A DNA stretch of 64,000 nt from Candidatus Curtissbacteria bacterium (GTDB taxonomy: Bacteria; Patescibacteriota; Microgenomatia; Curtissbacterales; GWA2-41-24), in assembly GCA_030647775.1 (NCBI GenBank), contig JAUSJC010000010.1, forward strand, positions 6,208 through 70,207, written 5' to 3'. Position 1 is the stretch's first letter; each line of letters opens with the position of its first letter. Position numbers and translations under genes: made by a program. Below the pieces are notes generated by a model, which was given only the letters and a program-made list of their open reading frames with translations, did no database searches and was not told the DNA's origin. Shown here piece by piece: positions 37,305 to 47,316 of this stretch.

Positions 37305-39158
37305 TTAACGGTTTTCTGTGGTTATCGATTTGATGGATTGGGACGCTATCGACCCGAAAAGCATCAAAAGAAGCAATAAGATACCTTTACCGCCTAATTT
37401 ACTCAAAAGCTCTTTGGTATCTTTGGCACCCATTTCTTCCTTCCGTTCATTAATTTCTGCTTTAATATCCGGCTTCTTTTCAGCCTCTGCCAATATGGCA
37501 TTTGCTCCCCACTCACTCCCCGCAATAATTTCTGCCTCATCCTCGGTAATTCCCTCGGTGTTAGTTTTTGCCCGTATCAATTCCCCGACAACTTTCGGCC
37601 CTAGCTGGGCGACCGATTCGGGATTGGCAACTACTCCTTCGATTTCTTCGTCGGTTAAAATTCTCTCACCTGTTGCCGGGTCAGTGGCTTTATTTAGCGC
37701 ACTTTTAACAAGCGGACCCATTTTTTCTGATTGCGCCAGACCAACAAAATCCTTATGGATTCCTTCGCTGTCATATTTTCCCGGCACCAACTTTTCCCCG
37801 CCAAAGTAGCCTGCAAATAAACCTTCTGGTACCCCTGCCGCATTGTCACCACCCCTAAAAATACCATGAACTTTTCTCGCCGGCCCTCGTTCATATTTTT
37901 TCTTAATTCCGGCAAGTAGAGCCTTCTGTATTTTATCCTGGCTGTTTGCAATCCCTTCCTCAAGCATCTTGCTCCAAGTCTGTTCTGCCAAATTAATTTT
38001 TCCCGAAAGATAATTGTAAGTAGCGTCTGTGATTATATTTTGCAAACCATCTACGAACTGTTCTTCCGCTTGTTTTCTGCCGACTAAAGTAATTTCCAAC
38101 TCGCTTGCAGCCAAAGAAAAATCCCTTATCGCATCATCGAGGCCCCCTTGTAAATCAATCCGCTTAGCTTCTATTTGGCCTTTTCTCTCATAAAGATGCG
38201 CCTTTTCTCTTTCTAAAACCTCTTTTTTTGCTAGCTTACTCCTTGTGGAAGCGAGTTCTCTACGATAGCGATCCGCCTCTTGTCTTTTTTGGGCAAGCTG
38301 CTCCGTTATCTGCGTTGCGTCCTTACCCTTTATAAGCATTCCTAGTTGTAAATTTTCCAGATTTTTTACGTCAGTCCTTGCTTCCTCATACATTACTTGC
38401 GTTTCGTCAAGACTTGCCTGCAAGGCTGGGGCTTCTGCTTCGAGATTTCTAAGCTCCGTTAGCTTCGCACCCACTTTTCCGTTGCGGTCTTCAAACTGCT
38501 CTATTTGAATGTCAACACTTTCTCTTTCTCCGCTAGCCCTCGCCACCTCTGCTTCAGCACTCTCCCTCTTCGTCTTCGCATTTTTCGATTTTTCGCGGGC
38601 ATCCCCGGCGTTAACATTGATCAATCGATCCTTACTGGTCGCCTCTGCGTGACTATCGCGGACTTGGGACAAAAAGTCCGGATCTTTCATTAGCAGCGAA
38701 ACCTCGCTGTTTATTTCTTGATCGTTCAGGCTTTCCCATCTCGATTTCAATTCCGGCACAGCTTCCACCAACCCCCGGACAGATTGGACTGCAACTCTCC
38801 TCTGGTCAGTAGTCAAACCATCAACACCTTTTTCTATTAGTGCCTCTGCTAGATCGTTAAATTTTTTCGCCTCGTCAAACTTTCTTTGTTGCTCGGTACT
38901 TCTCTGAACCGAGCCATCCTCATTTAGCTCTCCCGAAATATTTTTATCTATTATTTTTTGGGAATCGGCTTTATTGACCGGGCGAGTCTGCTCGAGGGAC
39001 TGTAAAATTGTATGAGGATCTTCGTTAGCCATTCGCTCTCGTAGGGCTTTAGCTTGCTTTACTTCGGCAGATTCTTGCCCTTGAGCATTTTCCGTTTTGC
39101 GGATAACCGCTTCCGCAATCACCGGTTTTGCTTCAGCTAGGCTTGGAGGGGTAGGCAT
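37305..39158 (-). CDS. Long coiled-coil protein with a C-terminal tail anchor.
   Basis: Glu/Lys/Gln-rich heptad-like sequence throughout. C-terminal 'GILLLLLMLFGSIAS'. Confidence 0.5.
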   Translation of the reverse strand: MPTPPSLAEAKPVIAEAVIRKTENAQGQESAEVKQAKALRERMANEDPHTILQSLEQTRPVNKADSQKIIDKNISGELNEDGSVQRSTEQQRKFDEAKKFNDLAEALIEKGVDGLTTDQRRVAVQSVRGLVEAVPELKSRWESLNDQEINSEVSLLMKDPDFLSQVRDSHAEATSKDRLINVNAGDAREKSKNAKTKRESAEAEVARASGERESVDIQIEQFEDRNGKVGAKLTELRNLEAEAPALQASLDETQVMYEEARTDVKNLENLQLGMLIKGKDATQITEQLAQKRQEADRYRRELASTRSKLAKKEVLEREKAHLYERKGQIEAKRIDLQGGLDDAIRDFSLAASELEITLVGRKQAEEQFVDGLQNIITDATYNYLSGKINLAEQTWSKMLEEGIANSQDKIQKALLAGIKKKYERGPARKVHGIFRGGDNAAGVPEGLFAGYFGGEKLVPGKYDSEGIHKDFVGLAQSEKMGPLVKSALNKATDPATGERILTDEEIEGVVANPESVAQLGPKVVGELIRAKTNTEGITEDEAEIIAGSEWGANAILAEAEKKPDIKAEINERKEEMGAKDTKELLSKLGGKGILLLLLMLFGSIASQSIKSITTENR

Positions 39159-39159
39159 T

Positions 39160-39498
39160 TTAGGATTTAGTAACTGTTTTCGCTAGGCTGATTGCTTCTT
39201 CCACATTGCCGCTTTTGGCAAGATTCAAAACTTGTTCTTCTATTTTATCTTCATGCGCTTCTTGTACCTCTCCCTTTTCAAGGAGCGCCAAATTCTGGAA
39301 AATTGGCCATTTGGAAGAAAGATCAGTCAAAAATTTCATCACTTGTTCGTGGGTCATAACGTTCTCGAGTCCCGAGAGCACAAAACCGGCTATCGTCGGC
39401 AACTCGTCGCTCGTAAGTTTGTTGTCTTCAAGGCCGTCGATTATTTGCTCAAGAATTTTTCTCTCTAACTCTTTCTTGTGCTGGTCGTTTATATCCAT
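39160..39498 (-). CDS. Small acidic hypothetical protein.
   Basis: ORF only. Start lies 2 nt after the upstream stop. Confidence 0.4.
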   Translation of the reverse strand: MDINDQHKKELERKILEQIIDGLEDNKLTSDELPTIAGFVLSGLENVMTHEQVMKFLTDLSSKWPIFQNLALLEKGEVQEAHEDKIEEQVLNLAKSGNVEEAISLAKTVTKS

Positions 39499-39580
39499 AT
39501 ATCCATTTTTAACGTTTAAAGGTTTAAAGTCAATTTAAACTGTTTGACCGAGGGTAATAAAATTTGTTACCATTCCCTTC

Positions 39581-40354
39581 ATGGAACAAGTTCCGCTTAC
39601 AGCTCAAAAAAGGACAGTCCTCGGCCGCAAGGTTAAAACCCTTCGTAAAGAAGGCATAATTCCTGCTCACGTCTTCGGCCACAAAATTCCCACCGAGCAT
39701 ATCCAAATTAAAGCTGTCGATTTTTCCAAAGTTTTTGAAAAAGTCGGGGAAACCGGTATTATCGATCTAGCCGTCGATGGCGCCAAAAAACCGGTTATGG
39801 TCAAAGGCGTCCAGATCCACCCGGTAACAGACCAGATCCTCCACGTTGATTTTTACCAAGTTAATCTTGCGGAAAAAGTTAAAGTTAACGTTCCGCTGGA
39901 AATAGTAAGCGAAGCCCCGGCCATCGAAAAGAAACTCGGGCTTCTTCTTACACCAATTACCGAAATTGAGGTCGAAGCCCTTCCGGCAGATATCCCGGAA
40001 AGCATTGAAGTTGATATTTCTAATTTGGCGGCAGTCGGCGACGAAATTAAAGTCAAAGACCTTAAAGTCGACCGTGCCAAAGTCGAAATTATTACGGACG
40101 AGGAACTTATTGTCGTCCAGATCGGTGAACTGGTCACCAAAGAGATGGAAGCAGTCGAAGCCGAAATGGAAGCGGAAGCCGCCGCAACCGTAGAGACGGC
40201 AGAAGGTGCTGAAGTACCAGCCGAAGGCACCCAAGCCCCTGAAGGGGGAACCGCCGAAGGTGAATCCAAAGAAAAGCCGGAAGCTGTGGGCCCGCAGGAA
40301 ACTCCAAAGGTCGAAGACCCTGAGCGAAGTCGAAGGGAAGAAAAGAAAGACTAG
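39581..40354 (+). CDS. rplY: 50S ribosomal protein L25 / general stress protein Ctc form, with an acidic C-terminal extension.
   Basis: 'LTAQKRTVLGRKVKTLRKEGIIPAHVFG...IHPVTDQILHVDFYQV'. Confidence 0.85.
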   Translation: MEQVPLTAQKRTVLGRKVKTLRKEGIIPAHVFGHKIPTEHIQIKAVDFSKVFEKVGETGIIDLAVDGAKKPVMVKGVQIHPVTDQILHVDFYQVNLAEKVKVNVPLEIVSEAPAIEKKLGLLLTPITEIEVEALPADIPESIEVDISNLAAVGDEIKVKDLKVDRAKVEIITDEELIVVQIGELVTKEMEAVEAEMEAEAAATVETAEGAEVPAEGTQAPEGGTAEGESKEKPEAVGPQETPKVEDPERSRREEKKD

Positions 40355-40356
40355 AC

Positions 40357-40887
40357 TTAGAGCTTTTTGGCAAGTTCACTTGCCTTTTGTCTGGCGTCAT
40401 TCGCCAAATTAGTTTCCCCTTGATATTCATAAAGAGTCGCAAGCTCTGCCCACGCTTTTTGGTAGTCGGGTCTTACCGCCAAAATCTCCCGTAGTTTCGC
40501 TATTTCCTCTCCAAGATTACTTGATTTTGCCCCAAGCGCGCCGTAAAAGCTCAAAGCATAGGCATTTGTCGGGTCGAAATTTAGTACTGTTAAAAGCTGC
40601 TTCCTCGCCTCCTCTATTTGATTTTTATTTTCCAGCTCCCCCACGTATTGAAGTCTTAAATTAACATCCTGTGGTACTTTCTCGACCATCTTCGAAAGCG
40701 ATAAAGCCCTAGGGGCAGGTTTCGGTCCGTTCACTGCAAAGGCAATAGACGCTCCAAGAATCAAAAGTATTAAAACTATGCGGGCCAGCCCGCTAATAAT
40801 TGCACCTTGAGGCGTCTTTGGATAGAAGAGAAAGCCGAAAGGCAAAATATTGCGGGGAATGTTGCGGTAAATTTGCGTGAATTGCAT
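40357..40887 (-). CDS. TPR-repeat protein with an N-terminal TM segment.
   Basis: TM 'IVLILLILGASIAFAV'. TPR-like 'AYALSFYGALGAKSSNLGEEIAKL...AWAELATLYEYQGE'. Confidence 0.5.
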   Translation of the reverse strand: MQFTQIYRNIPRNILPFGFLFYPKTPQGAIISGLARIVLILLILGASIAFAVNGPKPAPRALSLSKMVEKVPQDVNLRLQYVGELENKNQIEEARKQLLTVLNFDPTNAYALSFYGALGAKSSNLGEEIAKLREILAVRPDYQKAWAELATLYEYQGETNLANDARQKASELAKKL

Positions 40888-40892
40888 GCCAA

Positions 40893-40988
40893 AAGACTAA
40901 AGTCTAACGACTAACGTCGAAAATTATTATAACAACAACATTAGTCTTTAGTCGTTCGCCTGCCTTGCCGGCAGGCAGGTCGTTAGTC
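40893..40988. repeat. Family B element (GACTAAAGTCTAACGACTAACG ... palindrome 'gcctgccttgccggcaggcagg').
   Basis: Core identical to 19684-19705. Sits between a convergent/divergent gene pair. Confidence 0.5.
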
Positions 40989-40991
40989 ATC

Positions 40992-43139
40992 TTACGCGGG
41001 CCACTCCTCCAACATAATCGACTCTTTCTTCACATCAAACTTTTGATATATTTCCTCCGTCACAAACGGCATGAATGGGTGCAACATAATGAGAAGCTGC
41101 TTTAAGATATGCTCCAAAATCGGCTGGGCCTCTTCTCTTCTTGCTTTACTTTTTTCAATATAAATATCGGCAAATTTATGCCAGGTAAATTCGTACAGCG
41201 CCTCGACTGCCAAATGCAGTTCGAGATTGTCTAAGTGTTTGGTAACCGCTTTTATTAGGTCTTGAAGCTCCTTTTCAATAAGCGCATCTTCCTCGTGTGA
41301 TAAATTTTTAGTTTGCTTTGAATTTGCGGGCTTTAACTCCAATATAAATTTAGTTACATTCCGAAGCTTCGTCCCAAAATTACGGTAATTCTTGCCGCGC
41401 TCGTCTAAAATCGCCTTAGAAACACGGCCGTCTCTCCCGGGCACGCTGTATGTGTAAAGCGCCATTCTTGTTGCGTCCACTCCCCATTTCTCAATCAGAT
41501 ACATCGGTTCAATCCCATTGCCAAGAGATTTGGAAAATTTTCTTCCCTCTAGATCTCTTAGCATTCCATGGAAAAACATGGTTTTAAAAGGAATCTGGTC
41601 GGTGAAGTGCACGGAAAGCATGATCATTCTGGCAATCCACAAAAATTTAATTTCCGGCGCGCTGATTTCAAAATCCCACGGATAATATTTGACCAGCTCT
41701 GGATCAAATCCAGCTTTTTGATCGTGGGGTTTACCATCCGAAGCCTTGGCGAAGGATGGCCACCCCAAAGTTGACATCGGCCAAAGCCCCGAAGAAAACC
41801 ACGTGTCCAAAACTTGCTCGTCCTGCACCCAATCTTCCCCGGGCGAATCTAAACTCACTTTTATCTCATCCCCGCGGTACCAAACCGGAATTCTGTGCCC
41901 CCACCAGAGGCTTCTGGAAATACACCAATCGTGGATATTTTCCAGCCACCCGCTTAAAATCTTTGCATAATTTTTTGGCAAGAACCTGATTTCGTTTGCC
42001 TTGATAGTTTTAATGGCTTCTTTGGCAAGATTCCCCACTTTCACAAACCATTCTTCCGAAATCAAAGGTTCCACAACACTTCTGCACCTTTCACAAACAG
42101 CAACAGAATGCTTGTAGTCCTCTTCCTTAACCAGGCTCCCATTTTTCCTTAACTCTAAAAGCACTTGTTGTCGGGCCTCGTCAACTTTTAAGTCAAACAA
42201 GGGCGCCGCAAGCATAGTGGTTTTACCATCCTTCCCAATAACTTGAAGAACCTCCAGGTCATGATCTTTACCAATTGCGTAATCTAATAAATCATGTCCC
42301 GGGGTAATCTTTAATGCGCCGGTCCCAAGCTCTTTTTCTACTCGACTATCCTCAATAATTGGAATTGATCTGGGCCCCGACAGAGATAAAATAGAAATAG
42401 GGGTTAAAGCTTTTTTCCCGACATACTTTTTGTATTTTGGATGGCCTGGATAGATTGCAATTGCAGTGTCCGCAAAAATAGTTTCTGGTCTTGTCGTAGC
42501 GATTTCTATATACTCATTTTTTGTTCCTTCTACTAAGTACTTAACAAAATAGAGCTTTTCTTTTCTTTCCTCATACTCTACCTCCGCATTTTCTATCGCA
42601 GTCCTATCTTTAGGACACCACTGGACGATATACGGCCCTTTATAAATGAGGCCTTTGTCGTAGAAAGTTTTGAACTCTTCAAAAACAGCTTGCCTTGGAC
42701 CGTCGTCTAGTGTAAATACTTCCCTCTTCCAGTCGGCCGAAAGCCCCATCATCCGCCAACTGCGCCAGACCGATTTATAAATTTCTTCTTTAAATTCCCA
42801 AGCTTTTTCCAACCACTTTTCCCGTCCCAACTTTTGTTTGGAAAGGTCATCTTTTTGCAGCTTTTTTTCAAACGTCGCTTCAAACTGGATGCCGGCATGA
42901 TCCACTCCGGGCAAAAGTAAAACATCAAATCCCTGAAACCTTTTAAACCTGGCAATTGCATCTAAAATCGAATGCTGCATCACGTGGCCCAGGTGAAGTT
43001 CGCCGGTTAAATTTGGCGGCGGTATTAAAAGAGAGAAACTTTTTTTTGAAGAAGTTGGATCTGCAGAAAAATATTTTTTCTTTTCCCAAAAGTCGTAGAT
43101 TTCTTTTTCGTTTTTAAAATTATTTTTTATAGTTTTCAT
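40992..43139 (-). CDS. valS: Valyl-tRNA synthetase (reduced size).
   Basis: 'PPPNLTGELHLGHVMQH' (HIGH). 'GVDHAGI'. 'KFSKSLGN' (KMSKS). ATG start at 43139 chosen. Confidence 0.8.
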   Translation of the reverse strand: MKTIKNNFKNEKEIYDFWEKKKYFSADPTSSKKSFSLLIPPPNLTGELHLGHVMQHSILDAIARFKRFQGFDVLLLPGVDHAGIQFEATFEKKLQKDDLSKQKLGREKWLEKAWEFKEEIYKSVWRSWRMMGLSADWKREVFTLDDGPRQAVFEEFKTFYDKGLIYKGPYIVQWCPKDRTAIENAEVEYEERKEKLYFVKYLVEGTKNEYIEIATTRPETIFADTAIAIYPGHPKYKKYVGKKALTPISILSLSGPRSIPIIEDSRVEKELGTGALKITPGHDLLDYAIGKDHDLEVLQVIGKDGKTTMLAAPLFDLKVDEARQQVLLELRKNGSLVKEEDYKHSVAVCERCRSVVEPLISEEWFVKVGNLAKEAIKTIKANEIRFLPKNYAKILSGWLENIHDWCISRSLWWGHRIPVWYRGDEIKVSLDSPGEDWVQDEQVLDTWFSSGLWPMSTLGWPSFAKASDGKPHDQKAGFDPELVKYYPWDFEISAPEIKFLWIARMIMLSVHFTDQIPFKTMFFHGMLRDLEGRKFSKSLGNGIEPMYLIEKWGVDATRMALYTYSVPGRDGRVSKAILDERGKNYRNFGTKLRNVTKFILELKPANSKQTKNLSHEEDALIEKELQDLIKAVTKHLDNLELHLAVEALYEFTWHKFADIYIEKSKARREEAQPILEHILKQLLIMLHPFMPFVTEEIYQKFDVKKESIMLEEWPA

Positions 43140-43414
43140 AGTTGCACACACTACTGTCTACTTTTCCTTTCACGTGTTGGCAATTCATTACTCGTGCCCC
43201 CACGTGCAAAGATTTTGTCAAAATCAGAGTCGGGCTTGCCCCGTTAAAAGTTTGGTGTTTTTAGCTCACTATTCTTCGAGTTTTTTTAAAACCCGATCTT
43301 TCAGAGTAGCCATTTTCCCCAATTCTTTTGACGGGGTGGATAACTTAATTATCACCAAGACTTAGTTTCAATTATGTCAGAAAAATTAGTAGATGTTAAA
43401 TGTCGCGGTGGTTT

Positions 43415-43759
43415 CTAAATGATTCCAGATGATTCTAGAAATCTTTTTGAAGAATCAAAAGAGATACGTCCCGTTTCGTCCATCTCCCTGACCACGCCCA
43501 AAGCTTCATTGATACCAGGCCTTGTGTCAACTATCACCGAAGAATCAATGATAAATTCGGCAGCTTGCAGAACCATCAGATCAAATCTTTCTCTGATAGT
43601 TTTCGCGCAACCTTCAACAAGACCTGGGGGAATTATTCTTCCTAAAACTAACGTCCCGATCCTTTCCGTTTCGCAGCTGAGCCCGAATAACCGTTGACGG
43701 AATTCAGTAACAAAAGGGTCAGTATTAACGTTTCTTTCTACGCTTGCCATGTCCAACAA
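43415..43759 (-). CDS. Hypothetical protein.
   Basis: ORF only. Sits between valS and tsaD. Confidence 0.35.
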   Translation of the reverse strand: MLDMASVERNVNTDPFVTEFRQRLFGLSCETERIGTLVLGRIIPPGLVEGCAKTIRERFDLMVLQAAEFIIDSSVIVDTRPGINEALGVVREMDETGRISFDSSKRFLESSGII

Positions 43760-43822
43760 AAAACGGGAGCTGATCCCGATGCAGGTAAATTAAATCCCAA
43801 AACAATATCCTTGTCAAATTTT

Positions 43823-44905
43823 TTAGAAATGAAGCCCCGGATTTGCACGAAGTGTTAACGGATCAACCAAATTTTTTTCATAGAAACCAGCCGCGGCAAT
43901 CATGGCTCCGTTATCAATAGACAATGATTTAGGTGGAAAGAAAATCTTGATACGATTTTTCTTTCCCGCTTCCTCCATTTTTTCGCGAAGGACACTATTT
44001 GCCGCGACGCCGCCGCCAACGACTATTGACTGCGCAGAAAATTGCTTGGCCGCAGCCAAAGTTTTCTTTACTAGAATATCCGTCACTGCCTCCTGAAACT
44101 CGTACGCAATCGCTCCAACCTTTACCCTTTCCCCTTCATCCTTTACCCTATTTACGACCGCCGTCTTTATCCCGGAAAATGAAAAATCAAAATCACCTGA
44201 TCCTGCCATCGGCCTCGGTAATTTAAACTTACTAACCTCTAACCCCTGATGGCTAGTGGCTAATAGTTCTATCTCCGGTCCTCCGGGATATCCTAGCCCA
44301 AGCATTCTTGCCACTTTATCAAACGCTTCTCCGGCCGAATCATCTCTTGTCCCGCCGAGCCATTTGAAGTCGCCACGTTTTTCCATCAAGATCAAGTCAG
44401 TGTGGCCGCCGGAAACAACAAGAGCAATCAATGGGAACTTAGGTAAATTTGGAATTTGCCTGCCCGCCAGTGCCAAGCTTTGGCAGGCGGGGAATTTGGA
44501 ATTGAGACGTTTTTGTTCCAAAAAAGGAGTTTCAACTGGCATCAGCCAATTGGCATAGATGTGTCCGACTAAGTGGTTAACCCCAATCAAAGGTTTATTC
44601 CATGCAAGCGCCAACGCTCTTGCCGTTTCTGTTCCAATCAAAAGTGAACCGATCAGCCCCGGGCCGTAAGCAATGGCGATTGCGTCAAGCTCTTGACACC
44701 TGACACCTGACACCTGACACGCTTCACCGATCATTGGAATGATTACTTTAATCTGTTCCCTCGCGGCTACTTCGGGCACAATACCGCCATATTTTTCGTG
44801 CATTGCGGCAGACGAAGCAACAATATTAGAAAGGATCTTTCTTCCATCCTCCACTATTGCTGCGCTTGTTTCATCACAAGTCGATTCAATGCCTAAAATT
44901 AACAT
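43823..44905 (-). CDS. tsaD: tRNA N6-threonylcarbamoyladenosine synthase TsaD (Kae1/Gcp).
   Basis: 'LGIESTCDETSAAIV', 'HLVGHIYANWL', 'VSGGHT'. Carries an in-frame 7-mer tandem repeat and an A-like repeat insertion. Confidence 0.85.
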   Translation of the reverse strand: MLILGIESTCDETSAAIVEDGRKILSNIVASSAAMHEKYGGIVPEVAAREQIKVIIPMIGEACQVSGVRCQELDAIAIAYGPGLIGSLLIGTETARALALAWNKPLIGVNHLVGHIYANWLMPVETPFLEQKRLNSKFPACQSLALAGRQIPNLPKFPLIALVVSGGHTDLILMEKRGDFKWLGGTRDDSAGEAFDKVARMLGLGYPGGPEIELLATSHQGLEVSKFKLPRPMAGSGDFDFSFSGIKTAVVNRVKDEGERVKVGAIAYEFQEAVTDILVKKTLAAAKQFSAQSIVVGGGVAANSVLREKMEEAGKKNRIKIFFPPKSLSIDNGAMIAAAGFYEKNLVDPLTLRANPGLHF

Positions 44906-45414
44906 CAGAGCTCAAAGTTTACACTATCACCGATTTGGAGATTATTGGCGTTGGTAATTCCGGCATTGAGTTCTAGAACGTATTTAGAATTACCACTGGG
45001 CCGATATACCGTTAGCTGGCTGTCCTTTTTACCTGGTTCCGGCAGGGCGCTTTGGACTATATAAACTACCTTCTTATTCTCATCTATCCAAATAATATCG
45101 ATTGGGAATTTCATATCCTTCATCCATATTGCCCAACTGCCGCTGTCGTCAAACACAAAAAGCGTACCCCTGCTTATTTCCAGTCCGTCCCTTCCCGCTA
45201 AACCCTTTTTCCTTTGGTCGGCATTTTTGGCAATATCAGCTTCTATGTTTAAGCCTTTAATACTTACTGTAGTTGTTTTCTTCTGGGTTTGGGAACTTGC
45301 ACTTGAAGTGGCTTGGCCGCGGAAAAGGCTAGAAGTTGAAAATGAACCTCCAAAGACCAAAAGGCCGACGACAAGCAAGAAAAGTCCCAGGATTATGGCT
45401 AGATCTTTCTTCAT
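44905..45414 (-). CDS. DUF192 domain protein.
   Basis: 'RGTLFVFDDSGSWAIWMKDMKFPIDIIWIDENKKVVYI'. ATG at 45414 is preceded by AGGAA. Confidence 0.65.
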   Translation of the reverse strand: MKKDLAIILGLFLLVVGLLVFGGSFSTSSLFRGQATSSASSQTQKKTTTVSIKGLNIEADIAKNADQRKKGLAGRDGLEISRGTLFVFDDSGSWAIWMKDMKFPIDIIWIDENKKVVYIVQSALPEPGKKDSQLTVYRPSGNSKYVLELNAGITNANNLQIGDSVNFEL

Positions 45415-47252
45415 GTTCCTACTAAGTATACCGCCTGCCAAGGGCGGTAATACGACTTAAATACATCGTCCGAGATTAGCTTATCATCTTTGTAAACCTT
45501 CCGGGTAAAAAGCGAATCTGCTCCCTGTGCGGAAAAATCTACTTGTTTTATAACGCCTTTTGGCAAAGTTGGATCATCCTGATACTTATCTTCCGGTGCA
45601 GGTTTTATATTCGTTATGACAGGATCTGAAACGTCAACTTTCCTCCCGTCGAGAGTTCCGTAAATATCAATTTCCAGCTTTGAGTTGGCCGGATCCATCA
45701 CCGCCTGCACTAAAATATAATGGCTGGTGTCATTTTTAAAAGCAAAATCCACACCGGGAGACCAAACCGTTGCGTCCAGCCCCGGCTTAAATCCTCCCTG
45801 TTCATAATACCCAACCCGATAAGCATGGGCAGTTCTTGAAACAATCGGCAAACCCGAATTTAAAGCCGCCCTAAAAAGAGTCGTCGAAACCTGGCAAATT
45901 CCACCGCCGTCATCAAGCACCGTTCTACCGCCGGAGATTATATACGCTTGCCGGAAGCCGGTTGCGGCCGAAACCTCACCGACAGTCTTATTGAATGAAA
46001 AAATATCTCCCGGCGCCACGATTGTTCCTGACACACGGGATGCACCCAGCCCGATATTGTTAACACGGTTGGCAATTGAACCGGCAAAATACGATATTCC
46101 CCTGCCGATCAGTTCACGGATGCCGTAGGAGTTTATCTCGCTGCTATCGGTTCGCGCGCGAGTTACAGCCACCGGAAGCGGAATTTGAATATCGCCTTCA
46201 CTATTCAAATCATCGACAGAAACCTTAGAAAGAATCAGCTTACGTGTCGCTTCAACATTAACTTTTTGGCCGTCAATAGCCGGTGAGAACTCACTCACCT
46301 TTCCATTGGCAAACTTAAGGGTCGCGTCTACCGTCGGCCTATCAACATCAGCCGTGATTTTCCCCAAAAATCCGTCAAGCATTTTTTCGTCGACAACCAC
46401 GTTAAGAATCGGTGCATCTGAATCTACCAGGCTTATATCGGAAAACGTAATTTTATTGCCCCCAAACTTCACTTCCTCGACATAGCCTTTTTCGTGGCCC
46501 AAAGGATAAAACCTTAAAATTTTAAGAAGGTCGCTGTCCCCCAGTCTCCACGCGCCGTACCCATAAGTTAGGGTAATTTTTGAATTGACAAGCACTTGGA
46601 CTTTGGAAAAAGCCTTCGAAGCCGCTTGAGCATCGATTTTAGGCGAAGCATCAATAAGCATTACTTCAATGGGTGAGCTTTGCAAACTCTCAACCCTTTG
46701 CACGATATCGGCAGTTAGTTTCCCCCGGTCGACGACGGTTCCCGTCTGCTGGGGTAAAATTGCCAAATGACCGTCTTGATATGCAATTGTTGCGTCTCGG
46801 GGCTGTTTTTCAATCTCGGAAAACTTAGAGTCTAGGAAATTAGCAAATTGGTTGAAATCTAGCCTATAATATGGAGTGAGTTGTGTTTTTAAGAATATTG
46901 CCCCGATTTTTTGTTTTAAGTTTTCGTAAAAATCCGCGGTTCTTCCTCCGTTATAAACCGAATTTAAAGTTTTTTCGGAATCTAGACTAATCCCGACTTC
47001 GGCAGGTTTTACTTCCAGCGTCTTGCCGTTTATTTCAAAGATAATAGGGGAGTTATCAAAATCATCCAAGCTCTTTGAAATTAAACCGAAGGCAGATACC
47101 CTATCTTTTCCGCCTAGGTTTTGTGTACCGATGTATGTATTGGGAAGAATTTTGTCTAAATAAGTGAAGTTATAAATAAAAAAGACCGCAAGCCCAAGTA
47201 AAGCAAAAAACGTACTTTTTCGTTGTTTTAATCCAAGCTTTGCCACATCCAA
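45411..47252 (-). CDS. VanW-family protein with an N-terminal TM segment.
   Basis: 'GGGICQVSTTLFRAALNSGLPIVSRTAHAY'. Confidence 0.7.
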   Translation of the reverse strand: MDVAKLGLKQRKSTFFALLGLAVFFIYNFTYLDKILPNTYIGTQNLGGKDRVSAFGLISKSLDDFDNSPIIFEINGKTLEVKPAEVGISLDSEKTLNSVYNGGRTADFYENLKQKIGAIFLKTQLTPYYRLDFNQFANFLDSKFSEIEKQPRDATIAYQDGHLAILPQQTGTVVDRGKLTADIVQRVESLQSSPIEVMLIDASPKIDAQAASKAFSKVQVLVNSKITLTYGYGAWRLGDSDLLKILRFYPLGHEKGYVEEVKFGGNKITFSDISLVDSDAPILNVVVDEKMLDGFLGKITADVDRPTVDATLKFANGKVSEFSPAIDGQKVNVEATRKLILSKVSVDDLNSEGDIQIPLPVAVTRARTDSSEINSYGIRELIGRGISYFAGSIANRVNNIGLGASRVSGTIVAPGDIFSFNKTVGEVSAATGFRQAYIISGGRTVLDDGGGICQVSTTLFRAALNSGLPIVSRTAHAYRVGYYEQGGFKPGLDATVWSPGVDFAFKNDTSHYILVQAVMDPANSKLEIDIYGTLDGRKVDVSDPVITNIKPAPEDKYQDDPTLPKGVIKQVDFSAQGADSLFTRKVYKDDKLISDDVFKSYYRPWQAVYLVGT

Positions 47253-47316
47253 GATATGATATCATAGAGCTTGAGATAGGGCGCTATAAAACGCCTCTTG
47301 TTCGCGTACAAAAAGC

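Noticed and set aside
43152-43414. tRNA or other small RNA in the 260-nt gap between valS and the 114-aa ORF
   Set aside because: No T-loop (GTTCRANYC) or acceptor-stem pattern was found here or elsewhere in the window by eye. No tRNA is called.
44690-44725. Possible CRISPR array suggested by tandem repeats
   Set aside because: The repeats are 7-nt units without spacers, inside a CDS. No CRISPR-like repeat-spacer architecture was seen anywhere in the window.
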